A stretch of 64,000 nt of DNA. Origin: Rhina ancylostomus. Its lineage: Eukaryota. Position numbers and translations under genes: made by a program. The notes below the pieces were generated by a model, which did not search any database, was not told where the DNA came from, and was given only the letters and a program-made list of their open reading frames with translations. The stretch lies in the NCBI GenBank assembly GCA_030265395.1, contig JARFYF010000053.1:36427724-36491723 (forward strand). The letters are read 5' to 3'. Every line of letters begins with the position of its first letter. Position 1 is the stretch's first letter. This document shows positions 26,475 to 38,900 of the stretch, piece after piece.

Positions 26475-26830
26475 GTAGACACGAAACAAATTTCAAATGC
26501 TGGAATCTGAAGACAGTTCAGCCCCTTGTATCTTCAAACATACACAATCTGCTTTTACATCTTCTCCCCACTTCCACGAACCTATCATCACCCTCTCCCC
26601 TGGACTCACCTATCACCTGAACTCACCTATCCCCTGCCTGCGCGTGCTGCCCCTCCTCCAACCTTCTTATTCTGACTTCTGCCTTCTTCCTCACCAATCC
26701 TGATGAACAGTCTCGGGCCTAAACGTAGGCTGTTTTGTTTTCCCATCCATGTATGCTGCCTGACTTGCCGAATTCCTCCAGGACTTCTTGTATATTGCTG
26801 TATGAATATCCGCAATCTCAGCGGTACCCC
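26475..26830 (+). mobile_element. Penelope-like pseudo-LTR with inverted 5' piece
   Basis: 'gacacgaaac..aaatgctggaatctgaag' (inverted tail) followed by 'cacctatcacctg...ttattctgacttctgcc...cctgatgaacagtctcgggcctaaacg...atgctgcctgacttgccgaattcctccag'. Same family as 18055-18730. Confidence 0.7.
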
Positions 26831-26839
26831 CGTCATGAA

Positions 26840-28190
26840 GTCACAGAATTATGCAGAGTGGAATCAGGCCCTTCGATTCAACTTGCCCATGCCAGTCAAG
26901 ATGTCCACATCAGTTAGTCCTATTTGTCTGTGTTTGGCTAGATCCCTCCAGGGCTTTTACCTAATGCTTTTGAAACACTGCAACCGCCGCTACAGCTTCT
27001 TCTAACCGTTGGTACCATATATCCACCACCCGCCGTGTGAAAACTTTGTCTCTCAGGCCCCCTTACAACTTTCCCTTCTCACGGTGATTCTTTGACTTCT
27101 AATTTTACACTCCCCTACCCACCGAAAGCCTGTGACCTTATCTATTCTCTTTACTATTTTATAAATTTCTGTAAGGTCACCTCTCAGCCTTTCAGGCTTC
27201 AGGGGAAGAAGTCTCAACCTATCCAGCCTCCCGTTATAAATTAAGCCCTAATATCCCCGTGAATCGTTCTGCACCCTTTTCCACTTTAATGGCACCCTTC
27301 TTGGAGATGGGGAACTAGAACTTCAAGCAATACTCCAAGTATGGTCTCATCAACAACTTCTACCGCTCTCATATGGCGTCACAACTCCCGGACTCAATGA
27401 CAGAACTGATAAGGCAAGCATGCAAAATGTCTTCTTCACCCCGCTGTATGTCCATATCGCCACTTTCAGGTATCTATTTATGTGAACGTCGAGGTCTCTG
27501 TTCTTCATCACTCTTCAGAGCCCTGCCATTAACTGTGTATGTCCTGCCCTGGGTTAACTAAGCAAAATGCAACACCGCACATTTGTCCGAGTAATATTGC
27601 ATCTGTCATTCCTTAACTATTTTCCCCAGTTCATCTATATCCTGTTGTAATCCAAGCCAAGCTTATCCACTTTACACTGTACATCAGTTTTGGTGTCACC
27701 CACAAACTTACTAACGATGTTAACAACATTGTCATCCAAATCCTTAACAGAGACGACAAACAGCAGGGGATCCAGCACCGATCTTTGCAATAAGCCACAT
27801 TTATATCTAATTAGCTAGTTCACTCTGGATCCCACGTGATACCAGCTTCCAAACTAGCCTGCCGGAGGGACCTTGTTAAAGGCTTTGCTGAAGTCCAAGT
27901 GGATAACGTCTACCGCTCTGTCCTCTTCAATCCTCTTCATTATATCTTCACAAATTGAATCAAATTGTTCGGACACGATTTCCCTTGAACAAAGTCATGC
28001 TGCATATTTTTAATCAGTCCTTCACTTCCCAAATTCTTGTAAATCCCGTCCCCCAGATTCTCATCCAGCAATTTACTGATCACTGATATTAGGCTCACTG
28101 ACTTGTAGTTCCCTGGTTTGTCCTCGCAGCCCATCTTAAATAAAGACGTAAAACTAGCCACCGTCCAGTCCTCCTGTACCTCATCCGTGG
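26840..28190 (-). mobile_element. CR1 LINE, RT domain to 3' end (pseudogenised)
   Basis: ORF 27940-28296(-) contains EDWTVASFTSLFKMGCEDKPGNYKSVSLISVISKLL...QHDFVQGKSCPNNLIQF, the CR1 RT motif (DWxxAxVxPLFKKG...NYRPVSLTSVxGKL...QHGF..GxSCLTNL). Tail at ~26840. Confidence 0.9.
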
Positions 28191-28399
28191 TCTTGGTCCG
28201 GCCCAGGGGATTTATCCATCTGCACAGAATCAACCCTTCTTCTTTTGTAGGGGGCGGGGAAAGGAATAGTCGAAATTTCCGGTCAAAATCCTGCATGAGG
28301 ACTAGAGACTAACATCTCTGCTTTTATAAGATTATTTAATCAATATTAATGTTTTAGTTAATTTAGAACTTAATAGAGAAGGAATAAAAACTTCTTCCC

Positions 28400-29900
28400 T
28401 CAAGCTTTCCTCAGTTTTCAATATGAGCAGGGTTGATAAGGCAAAGGCCACATTTCTATTTCTTTGCCATATCTCTGTAACCTTCTATTCTCCAATCTTT
28501 CAAAAATGTCTCCATCATCTTTAAATAATGATCTATCTTTCGACGCCCTTTGGGATAAATAATTGCAGAAATTCACCGATCTGTGTGAGAAGGCATTGTT
28601 ACATACTTACGTTTTAAATGGCTTCTCGCAAATCTTGAAAATATGTCCTCTCGTTTGAGATTCTCTCACTAATGGAAAGATTCTAACGTCTGCCTTGTTA
28701 GGTTCCGATATGTATCTATTCAGTCACACTCGTCCGACTAAACATGGAAGAAAACAAACCTAATTTCTTTCGCTGGTCATATTAGGACTATTCTCTCATC
28801 CCCAAAATTAGCTTGGTCGACCTTTCAAAAGTAAGCTGCTCAAAATTCGACAGGTTACACCAAGCTTGGCCTCACGAGCGCATTGTCCAAATGCCATATC
28901 TCCCTATTTCCAAACTTGGACAATGGAGACTAAAATGCTATTTGCCTTCCTATCCACGGGAAACGTTTGTTTGCTCAGTATTCGCAGTGTCTATACAGGA
29001 ACACCTCTATCTCTCCGTACTTCACACATATGCAAACTTTATTCATTTATCTAACAGTCTGCCTTTAGATTCCCCTTACTAAATTGCATATAGACAATCT
29101 TTCCTGCACAAAGCTGCATTTGCCAAATTTTACCCACTCACTCAACTTATCTATATCTAGTTTTTGAGTCCTAAAATCCTCATCGCAAAATGCACTTATT
29201 TCTAGCAGAGATAAGCTTACACTCTGTCTGCTCCCCAGAACATTAATAGAAATCGTAAATGGTTGAGGGCCAACGACTGATTCTTCGGGAACTTCTCAAG
29301 TTGCATACTTCCAGGCTACAAAAAGAAAACGATTAATTGTGCTTCTTTGCCTTCTCTGCCAGAACTAATGCTCAATCCATGCTAAGGCCCTTCCTCCAGT
29401 AACGTGCTCTTATTTTGTGTGCGATTTATGAGAAAACTTGTCAAATGTCTTCTGAAAATCCTGTCATGGTTCTGAGTTCTGGCCCTCATTTGGCTCCATT
29501 AATGCCTTGTTGTCCAGCACATGGATTCCATGNNNNNNNNNNNNNNNNNNNNNNNNNNNNNNNNNNNNNNNNNNNNNNNNNNNNNNNNNNNNNNNNNNNN
29601 NNNNNNNNNNNNNNNNNNNNNNNNNNNNNNNNCTGCCTGCGTTTGTCCTGAGGAAGTATCCTGACTCCAGTCTTGTATCAGCGTGCCGCATTTGGGTTCT
29701 CTGTGAGTTCGCTCTCGATCAGCATTGTGACAAATCCACATACATGCAGATTTCTCTCCATAAGGTATGCACGTTACATCTACGAAGAACTCCAGAAAAT
29801 GTATCTAACAAGATGGGCTTTACGTAGAGCCACGATGACTTGGATTGATTGCATTTTTTCCTATTTGTTCCTTGATTATTGTGACCAGTATATTGCCTAC
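28400..29900 (-). mobile_element. Older CR1 LINE remnant interrupted by solo LTR copy 2
   Basis: Reverse-complement CR1 3' region ('gataaataattgcagaaattcaccgatctgtgtgagaagg') and RT region ('ttgtcaaatgtcttctgaaaatcc..aca' = D F x K A F D). Confidence 0.65.
29462..29732. mobile_element. Solo LTR (copy 2), 5-bp TSD AATCC
   Basis: TGTCA...TGACA termini; AATCC at 29457-29461 and 29733-29737; first ~70 and last ~100 bp homologous to copy 1; middle is a gap. Confidence 0.88.
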
Positions 29901-30537
29901 AACAGAAGTAAAGATAAAAGGCCCTATATTAACCTCCTTTTTGCATCCTTGAAAAATGGACTTTACACGAGATGAACGTGCTCTTTAAAAGAAAATTAAA
30001 ATGTTCAATTGGCTGCATATTTAAAATAGAAATCATTTAAAGTTATAAACCCATTATCGGAAGCACTTAAACCTTTGGCAAGAGTCAAAGAACCCACAGG
30101 ATGGTCTTGCACGCAAGGACTTAACATTTTGCGACCTCTGGACTTGTTCGAATTTTAAATTTATTCGCCTTGCCGAATCACTGCTGTAGCAAGGACCGCA
30201 GGGGATTTGGGGTATGTTGTCCCAGATCTAAACGTGGCTGCAGTATGACCCAAGTGGTTACCGTATTAAGCACATTTTGTCCATGTGAAGCCTGGTGAAC
30301 CTTTGCATGATATGCAGTTTATCTGTCAACTTTTCACTTTTGTTTTACTAAGGAACCATCCCAAGCCAATTTAACATTTACATCTAGGGGTAATCCCATT
30401 TTATATCAATTAGTTGTTTCCTGCTTTCTTCTGTGATTCTTTAAGGAAACACCTTTGTGCTTCGTATACATTTAACGGATGTTAAGGCCATAATTTAAGG
30501 TTAATAAACATGCCAAGAATGGAAAACAAACAAAATT

Positions 30538-30720
30538 AAACTGCATCAGTTGGAGATCTAAAACAAAAACATAAAATGCTGGAAATACCCAGCAGGTCAG
30601 ACCTCTCCTCTGAGAAGAGAAACGGTGTTCACGGTTCCGGTTAAAGAACCTTCTTCTGAACTGGGAGTGGAACAATAAAAGCTTGTTAAACTGCGTGTTC
30701 TGTTGGTTAAAAGCGGGTGA
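30538..30720 (-). mobile_element. Penelope-related short repeat
   Basis: 'aaactgcatcagttggagatctaaaacaaaaacataaaatgctggaaatacccagcaggtcag'; similar decayed copies near 13110, 25195, 36970, 41035 and 41165. Confidence 0.65.
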
Positions 30721-31025
30721 CAATGGGGATAACCTGTGAACAAGATAGTCTGGTCGATGAGTTAATGGGAGCAGTTCGAGAGTGAGATTATAGACAAACG
30801 TGCATTGACATAAGATGCAGGAATTACGAAATGCAGAGAAAGTAGCCATGGACCAGCAGCTTGGCTGACCATGTCCTCTCGTACTTGAGGGGAAAATAAA
30901 TAAAATAGGAAACAAACAAGAAGCTGAGCTGATATCAGAAATGGGCAGTNNNNNNNNNNNNNNNNNNNNNNNNNNNNNNNNNNNNNNNNNNNNNNNNNNN
31001 NNNNNNNNNNNNNNNNNNNNNNNNN

Positions 31026-31760
31026 CATGACTTCCTGACTTTTATACTCAGTGTCCCGACCGATGAAGCTAAGCATTTTATCGCATTTTTTGCTTCCCCA
31101 TCTACTTGTGATACCAATTTTATGGCGCTCCAGACTTGGACTGCAAGATACCTCTGTTCATCAATGCTTCTAAGGGTCCTGCCATTTGAGGTATATTTTC
31201 TCCTTACATTTGACGTCCAAAAGTGAAACACCTCGCGCTTTCCCGCATTGCATTCTATCAGCCATCTCTCCGCTCATATTTACACGTGGTCTATGTCCTT
31301 TTAAATGATTTGGAAATTTTATTTTACTATCCAAAACTCCACAAATCTTTGTGTCTTTCGCAAACTTAGGAATCAGCCCATCTACATTTTCGTTCAAATG
31401 TCCAACTCATATATCATAAATAACGGAGGTTCCAGCTCTGATCCCTGTGGAACACCACTGGTCACAGACATCCAGTCAGAAAAAGCACCACTCTACAATG
31501 GCCAAGGCAATTTGAAATCCAATCTATCAATCACCATCAATCCTATGCATTATAATCTTCCGGATCAGCCTAGCATGAGTGACCTTGTTGGATGCCATAC
31601 TAAGGTCCACACAGACAACGTCTACTACCCTAACTTCATCAACCATCTTTGTCCACTCCTCAAAAAAGTGTAGCAATGTTGTACGCCATAACATGCTCCT
31701 CACAGAACCATGCTGGCTATCGCTAACAAGCCCATACTGCTTCAAATATTTCCTGGATTA
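31026..31760 (-). mobile_element. CR1 LINE RT fragment
   Basis: Minus-strand ORFs give GLVSDSQHGSV...FFEEWTKMVDEVRVVDVVCVDLSMASNKV and LIPKFAKDTKICGVLDS (KFADDTK), frameshifted. Confidence 0.9.
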
Positions 31761-32399
31761 TCGCTATTGCCCTTCTTTGGGTACATCTAGTGTGCAATAA
31801 ACACAGCATATGACTGTAAAAAGAGAAATTCAATTATCTTTTGAATGGGATTTCCTCCCACAAAGAGCATTTTGTATGGACGATGTCGAATTAAATTCCA
31901 TAAATGCATTACTTACAAAATATGCAACATTGTAGCCGATAGATATTATCGTTTCATGTCAAGAATCATCCAATTTCCACGTAATGTGTTCATTAATACC
32001 AATATTAGTACTGATTCCATGATGCGCTTGACAGACACACAACAAGATTGTAGAGAGAAACAACGTTAAAGAAAGTGGCAGCAAATCCACGGCTGTCAAA
32101 TGATTTAGCAAAGAGGTAATGTGATGTATTTAGAAACGAGATAATGAAATAATTCACAAGACAGAATCCATAAATTGATGGGGAAAATTTCATATGTTTA
32201 CCTTTTTGTTTCTGTTGTAATTGCTGTTCTGTAAATAATACATTCAAACACAAGAGTTGTATAATTGGTCGCCGCTGTCCATTTTATCATGCAAGCTCAA
32301 ACATTGAAACAGAAAAATAATAGGACTAGAGAAGTCACCTGCTTTTGCAGGCATCAGATCCACGAGGAGGCATGATTTAACCTCGTGTGTTTCACATGA

Positions 32400-33750
32400 T
32401 TCAGTTCTGTCGCGGCTTATATAAAAAAATCTACTTTTGAAAGATTATATTTCCCTGAGTATTTCTGCCCGTTAACGAAAGTATTCCATTGGCTTGATAC
32501 CACGTGCCTAAAGAACATCTTGTTGCTCGTTGATTCCCACTTGCCCGGATGATGAATATCTCATCGACATCCGACCGAAGGCAACACAATCGGTGCGGAC
32601 GCACGTCCTCAGGTGACGACGTATCTGCTCACTCTCCCCCGACAGTACTTCAAGACATGAATTCACAATGCCTTCCATCACTGAATACTGATCCCGTGGT
32701 ATGGGTCTTGGTCCACATTTTGCATGGTTTCGTCGTGAACCTTTATTTTCAGTAGGTGGATTGGTGCAGCGTGCCCAGGTTAAGAAAATACGTTGGTCTT
32801 ACTAATATTGAATGTACAGCTCATATTCCCATTTCATTCAGTGAATGAGTCGATGATATCTTGGAGCTCCACGTTCGAATATATGGAGACACAAAATGAC
32901 TTGCAAACTGAAGATTGATAACTCAGGTTCGTGCGAAATGGCGTATTGAGCGCACCTTCGGCTATTGAATAAATTACCATCAGTTCTGAAGATCAGCTGC
33001 ATTCCTATGGTAATTTTGTTGGTGGTCAGTTGTAACATTGTGGTGAGAAAAATGTGAGGCCGGTGACGCAAATTTGCTTGAAGCCAGTCTTCATTGGGAT
33101 TAATTCTGTTGTTGACTCCATGTTCAGAATCATAGCCTGCTTGCAGTCGTGGAGCAAATATAAACGGGAAAGCATTTTTGTGGGCAAGTGAATTTGAGGA
33201 GCCTGTTGCACAGTCCCTTTGGATTAACGTTGTGAACGGCTTTATTGGTCTATTTAAGGTCTATTTAAATGACTGACGGTACTCTCTGTTTTTCTCGTGG
33301 CGTTGTATGGGGAAGATACTATTAACCGTGTCTCTAAAGTAGACGCGACATACTGATTGGAGGAAAACCTATAGTGCCTTGAGTGCGATCCTGGCGATGA
33401 CAGTTCCCTGTTGCAGATCGAAGGGAAACACCTCGAACTTAACAACGTTGGGTTTGTCTACGTTCTTGAAATAATTATCTCTGAAGTGCTCTATTATGTT
33501 TTCCCCTTCTCAGATGTGGGCGAATTGGCATTAGATTTTCCACCGAAGAACTTTAAGGTTTACTTTTATGAAATCAACGGGGTACGCCGACTGCCCCCAA
33601 GCCTTTACTCTTTATGACTTGGGATAAACACTTCTCGTCTTCTTGACGGTTGGGGCGGCAGCAAGGCAGGCACAAAAATGTTTCTGTGAGATTTCGGACT
33701 ATATCATTCCCCTGACTAACATCGCAGACAGCTGCACTGTCGGTTGAGGT
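32400..33750 (-). mobile_element. RTE-clade LINE RT remnant
   Basis: Minus-strand ORFs give LLHDCKQAMILN..TTELIPMKTGFKQIC (TGVKQGC) and GMQLIFRTDGNLFNSRR, the RTE-specific 'YRTDGxLFNLRRL' insert. Confidence 0.8.
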
Positions 33751-34339
33751 TGGATGCTCAATAGGTGCTATACGGAGGATCGAGAATGTTCAATTCAAAA
33801 AGGGAGATTCTCGCCTATACAAACTGGCTCTGTTGAGAATATGCACAGGGTTTTTACAAAGACTAACCTGGTTATATGCAACCTTTTCAATCTTCTTTAG
33901 ATATCTGTATTTCTCTATCCCTGGTTGCATTTAATCTCCTCTTTTGAGGACAAAGTTTAAGGGGACGTTCCAAGTGCAGCACCACGAAGTCACTATGACC
34001 GTCGAAGAACACTTATTGGAGTTGAATCACTGGCCATTCTATTCTCCTGGGTGTGTCCAATAAATCCACTGCATGAAGAAGACCTGGGATAATTCAACGA
34101 ACATCAATTAAATAAGAAAAATAATTATCAACCTGCAATATTCTTCACTGGAAATCTCTTTTGCACAATATTAGCGTTCAGCCTTCCTTTAAAAATGAAT
34201 GCAGTTCACAGGGGCGGTAAAACTATTAATTCCTTTCTGATATCACAAAATCTGTGGGTATATGTGTGCATTTCTTTTTTTTTGGTTCTTTTAACATATC
34301 GAATTCTTGTCGTATGAAGACTAACAAGAAATATTTATT

Positions 34340-35000
34340 CGAATAAGCTAGAGCACAAGATAAAGCTATTCTGTCCATTGAACCCCTGCGTGGAATTGCT
34401 CATTGCAATCCTACTACCGCAGTTATACTCTAGTTCTGCATTGTATTGCTCTCAAGTATTAAGCCAGTTTGAATGTTATCGCAGAATTTATATGCAGCTG
34501 ACTTTTACACCTGCGTTGTGAGTGAGGAAATAGTATTTCTTTAACCTGACACTAGATATTTGGTTACTAATTTGCCTTCATTGTACGCGTTCTGTAGGTA
34601 GTTCCTGTTGCCAGTGGAAAACCTTTCTTCATCTACTCGTTCAAAGCATAGATGTTTTGAAAATAAGTATCAATTTCCCACTTGCGGTTCCCTGACAAGA
34701 AGTATCTCAATTGCTTCGGTGTATTTAAGCAACTTGATTCACTATTCGAGCATTCCATTCTGCTAAATGGAAAACATGTTAGTTAAGCTATGGCACATTT
34801 CCTCCAACGTAATATTCGTTGAATAAGACCCATCCAAGAAGGACAATTCATTTCCACCCGTTTCCTCTCAGAATAGATTCATTATTTTTGCATTCTAAGG
34901 TTCTACAAGGCGTTCATTTTTAATTAGCCGTCTTATTTTTTCTCATTCAAAGGTATGTGTACAAATATTTAGTATGTATCTGATTATCTTGCCCTGCATA
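34340..35000 (-). mobile_element. Highly decayed CR1 3' fragment
   Basis: 'agagcacaagataaagctattctgtccattg', 'gccagtggaaaacctttcttcatctactc' resemble the reverse CR1 tail. Confidence 0.5.
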
Positions 35001-35524
35001 AAGCTTGTCTTATATCTGCGTGGCATTTTGCAATTGATCTGTAAAAACCTAAGCTTCCTCATTTTCTCAGTTAAATTCTGTCAATTATTTGTCTGCCCAA
35101 TTAACTTTATTTACTGGCACCCTGGATCTCTTGCTATCTAGCTCACACTTTAATTGGACTTTATATGTTTAAATAAGTATTCAAATTACGCAAGACTACC
35201 CAAATACAAATCATAAGTACATTTCTGGAAGGAAAAACCCTGATCCTAGTCCGAATTGTTAACATCACTGCTGCATTCACTGAGGTATGTAAAGGTGACT
35301 TTCAGTATTTCGTGTTGTATTGCGAACCTTACCTTTTTGGACGTGCATTACAAAATGTTTTTTTTACCTGTCTAATGCTCACCTGTGTCTTTAAGACTGT
35401 AACGAAGGTTCTCTAGACCTGCAGAAAAATCAAAAACGAATCACACGAGTCTTTGCAATTCAGCTAATTGGCGGTTTTGACATGGTCCTCATGCAGTTCC
35501 TGTTGTAACATGGCTGTGTAACAG

Positions 35525-35563
35525 TGTTACGGACTAAGTTACTATTAGTGAGTGTTCCTTTAA

Positions 35564-35616
<53 letters not shown>

Positions 35617-35975
35617 NNNNNNNNNNNNNNNNNNNNNNNNNNNNNNNNNNNNNNNNNNNNNNNNNNNNNNNNNNNNNNNNNNNNNNNNNNNNNNNNNNNN
35701 NNNNNNNNNNNNNNNNATCTACGTTTTATCTCCAGACAATGGTGGTTGTTGAAGAAGCCTTTACTCATGTTTCACCTTATGGCATGCTGAACTTTAAGAA
35801 CCATTCCTGGACGTGGAGTTTGGGAATTTGCCACACACACACACGACAAGGTTAGTCAGTTTTTGGGAGTTAATGTTCGGAGTTTAACATTTTTACTTCT
35901 AACATTCCAACATTTTTACTTTTATTTTACTTATTATCATAAGTAGTTATTAATAACATAGTTTTTAACAGTTAT
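35525..35975 (+). mobile_element. LTR-like repeat containing (TG)n; partial second copy at 61190-61290
   Basis: Begins TGTTAC, 'cctttaaga(tg)n', AT-rich end with a degenerate poly(A) signal; 35819-35920 is repeated at 61191-61288. 3' CA terminus and TSD not found. Confidence 0.5.
35567..35616. repeat. (TG)n microsatellite abutting a gap
   Basis: Direct reading. Confidence 0.97.
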
Positions 35976-38900
35976 ACATGTGAAGATCTTTCATTCGAAT
36001 TCTGAAATGGAGACAATTTAGTTCAGAATTACAGAGAAGCTGCCGGAATGAAAGATAGGAAAAAGAAATACTGATGGTGTGAGGCCAAGATTGTCCCTCT
36101 AATAAATTGCTGAGGAAGCCATATGACCAGTTCCGCTGTAGGTTATCAATCTGGAATATTAATGTTAGTTATCTTCCCCAGGTTCTTTCTGTCCTGCTGA
36201 CTGTTTAAATTGCAGCTGCACTGTTATTATAGAACCGGCTTTATGACTGTCTATTTTACTCTCTGGACAAGGTTCACTTTTAATCTTATCGAAGGTGTGG
36301 ATCACGGCCACTTATGATGAGTTTAACACGGTCAGTGAGTGTGACAGATCTTAACTTATCAAGATCTGAATTTACCAAGGGAACAAAGCGGTGTGATCAA
36401 CTACAAACAAACTTCGCAATTGGCACCTTGGGTCAAAGTCCTATTTTTGCTCATTTTCCCTTTGTGTTAATAAAGGCATGGTGGAAAATAGAATATCACT
36501 CTGAAATCCTCCCTGCGAGAAAGTGCTAGACTCCATGTTGATGGAAGGGACCAATGCGCATTGCTTGTTTAGTTCCAATCATTGCCTTGCCTCCAAACAA
36601 TTCACTTGCTAAGAAAATAACTGAAAATTCCACCCCGTTGAATTAAATCGAGATTGCAAAATAAACTGGAAAAGAATGTATTGAATTGTAGACCCTGTAA
36701 TTTCCGAACAAGAATCAATGTCAGCTGCATGCACGTTATTGGAAACCTGGAGTTAAATATATAAAATAGTTTTCCTATCGGTAATAATGCGAAGTATGTG
36801 GCAAGGTAATGTCGAAAATATTTATTGGGATATCACCAGCGCAGAAGTTGATTAACTTCCAAGATTTAATTGCCCTATGCAGTGTGAACAAAGAAGTATC
36901 AAATTCTGCTGGTAGAGATAGAGACAATCGCACGTAGATTTAAACTAATAAACCTTAACTATTACTCACTTCCAGATGAGTCAGACCCGCTTGCTGTCTT
37001 CAGCATTTTTGTATTGTTGGATGAAAGTTAATGATAGACTCGTGACGGAGACTTTGAGGGGTAATGGTAGAAATCGAGAAACACTGTCAGAAATAATGGA
37101 GGAGACATTAAACTTCGCCAGAGACTTTAAAAATGTTAGTTTGTACATCAGTCGATAATAACGAAGAATGGGTGGTGGAAGAAACCGAAGCCAGTTAAGC
37201 AGACCCCATATCCCATGAATTCAATGCCGGCCAAATATTGGCCAGACTAATTCACTATCCGGCTCCTGGACTATCTCACTGAAACTTATGGTAGTTTACG
37301 AAAGGGCTGAAATGTGTTGCCTGCTTCACGCTGTCGGGTTTTGAGATAAATTTCACCATGACTCATTAAACTGATACATGCTCCATTTCGCACATTTAAA
37401 AATCGAAAGCACAGTTATAAAAATGCATTTACGTTTTTCATTGTTTGTTTTATACTCACAATATTGAGAAAAGTTCAGTTATTTGTTTACCTTTGTCTTT
37501 CTTCACCAGTCTTCCCTCTGTGTAGTTAGAGTTGAAGGTGAATGAGCCATGGGATCTATCTCAAGGGGAGTGGTAGAAATAATGAAGCAATTGAAACAGG
37601 AGAAGATTTAAGACAATAGGCGAAAACGTGATGCTTGAAAGTCTGTGTGGCTGTAAGTTCCCCACCGGTGTCGTGGACGTCCGACTTGACACCGAAGCTC
37701 CACACGGTGAAGCCATGAAAGCCATCTGCGAGAATGTCTATCTGTTAAAATCGATTAACACCGCAGGTCAATACGTGCACGATGTCACATCACTGCGATA
37801 TATTTGGAAGTGTGAATCAATCCTTGTGCATTGGATGGATTCCAACAATTTAATTTAATCTTGCTGGAATTTGAAAACATTGTTCAACTCTTTTTTTTGC
37901 TCAAGGCTATTTTAAAAGCAATTCTGAATGACCTGCGCTTTCATCTTGCGTTAAGGCCGTACTATCAGGTTCATTAATTAATGATGTTTAACGGCGGTTT
38001 TATATATGGACATGAATACAGAAATAGGGAGGGCCGATTTATCCTCGAACCTCCTCGTTCACGTATTCTACTCAAGACCGTAAACTTCCCCTAAATGTCA
38101 AAATTGAGCCACGGCTACTACTGCGGAATATCATTGACAACCATTCAACAGAGCGAAATACTCTCTTTGCACTAACTTAAGAAGTAAACACCATTTATAA
38201 GATTCTTGGCAAAGTATGCAAAAGGTTTTAGACAGCTCCTCACACCCCTTAAACGGCAATTAATAAAAAGGTTTAACGCATCCGGTACATGAAATCACAA
38301 CTAATGGCAACGATCTAGAAAATAATTAGAAATGTTATATCTTCAACAACATAAAACCTTAGAATTACTTACTCACAACACTGTCCCTGATCCATTTATC
38401 GGTGACAGTTAGTGTTTTGGAATACATAATAATTAATGAAAGACGAACACATTTTTATCATTCAATTGATGTATAGTTTGCAAAGGTAGCAAAAAAAGGC
38501 AAATAACTTCCCAGTTCTCACCGAGTTCTGTGACCAGTAGTTTGAGGCCATCGATTTCTGGGGAAAGAAGAAAAACAAGTAACAAAGTTTCACCAGAACG
38601 AAAGAAACCCACGAAAAATCCGCTTGGATTTCAAATTGATTTATCGATCTCCTTTTAAAGAAGAATGTTTCTGTCAACCACATCTTGAAATATGTCACTT
38701 TTTTACGCTGTCATCCACTACCACATATTAACTCGAGTTTGTCATATCGTAGAACGCCAATTGTTATCATAAGAATATTAAAACTCATTCAAAATGTAAC
38801 AGGAGCTCACTCCCACATGAAACAACATTGTCGCAGAGCGAAGTTAGCACCGTCAAGTTATTAGGCCAAATGGAATTTATGTTTTAAACTTTGGACGACA

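Noticed and set aside
19536-29732. A single 10-kb provirus bounded by the two LTRs
   Set aside because: Each LTR has its own distinct TSD and there is no gag/pol remnant between them.
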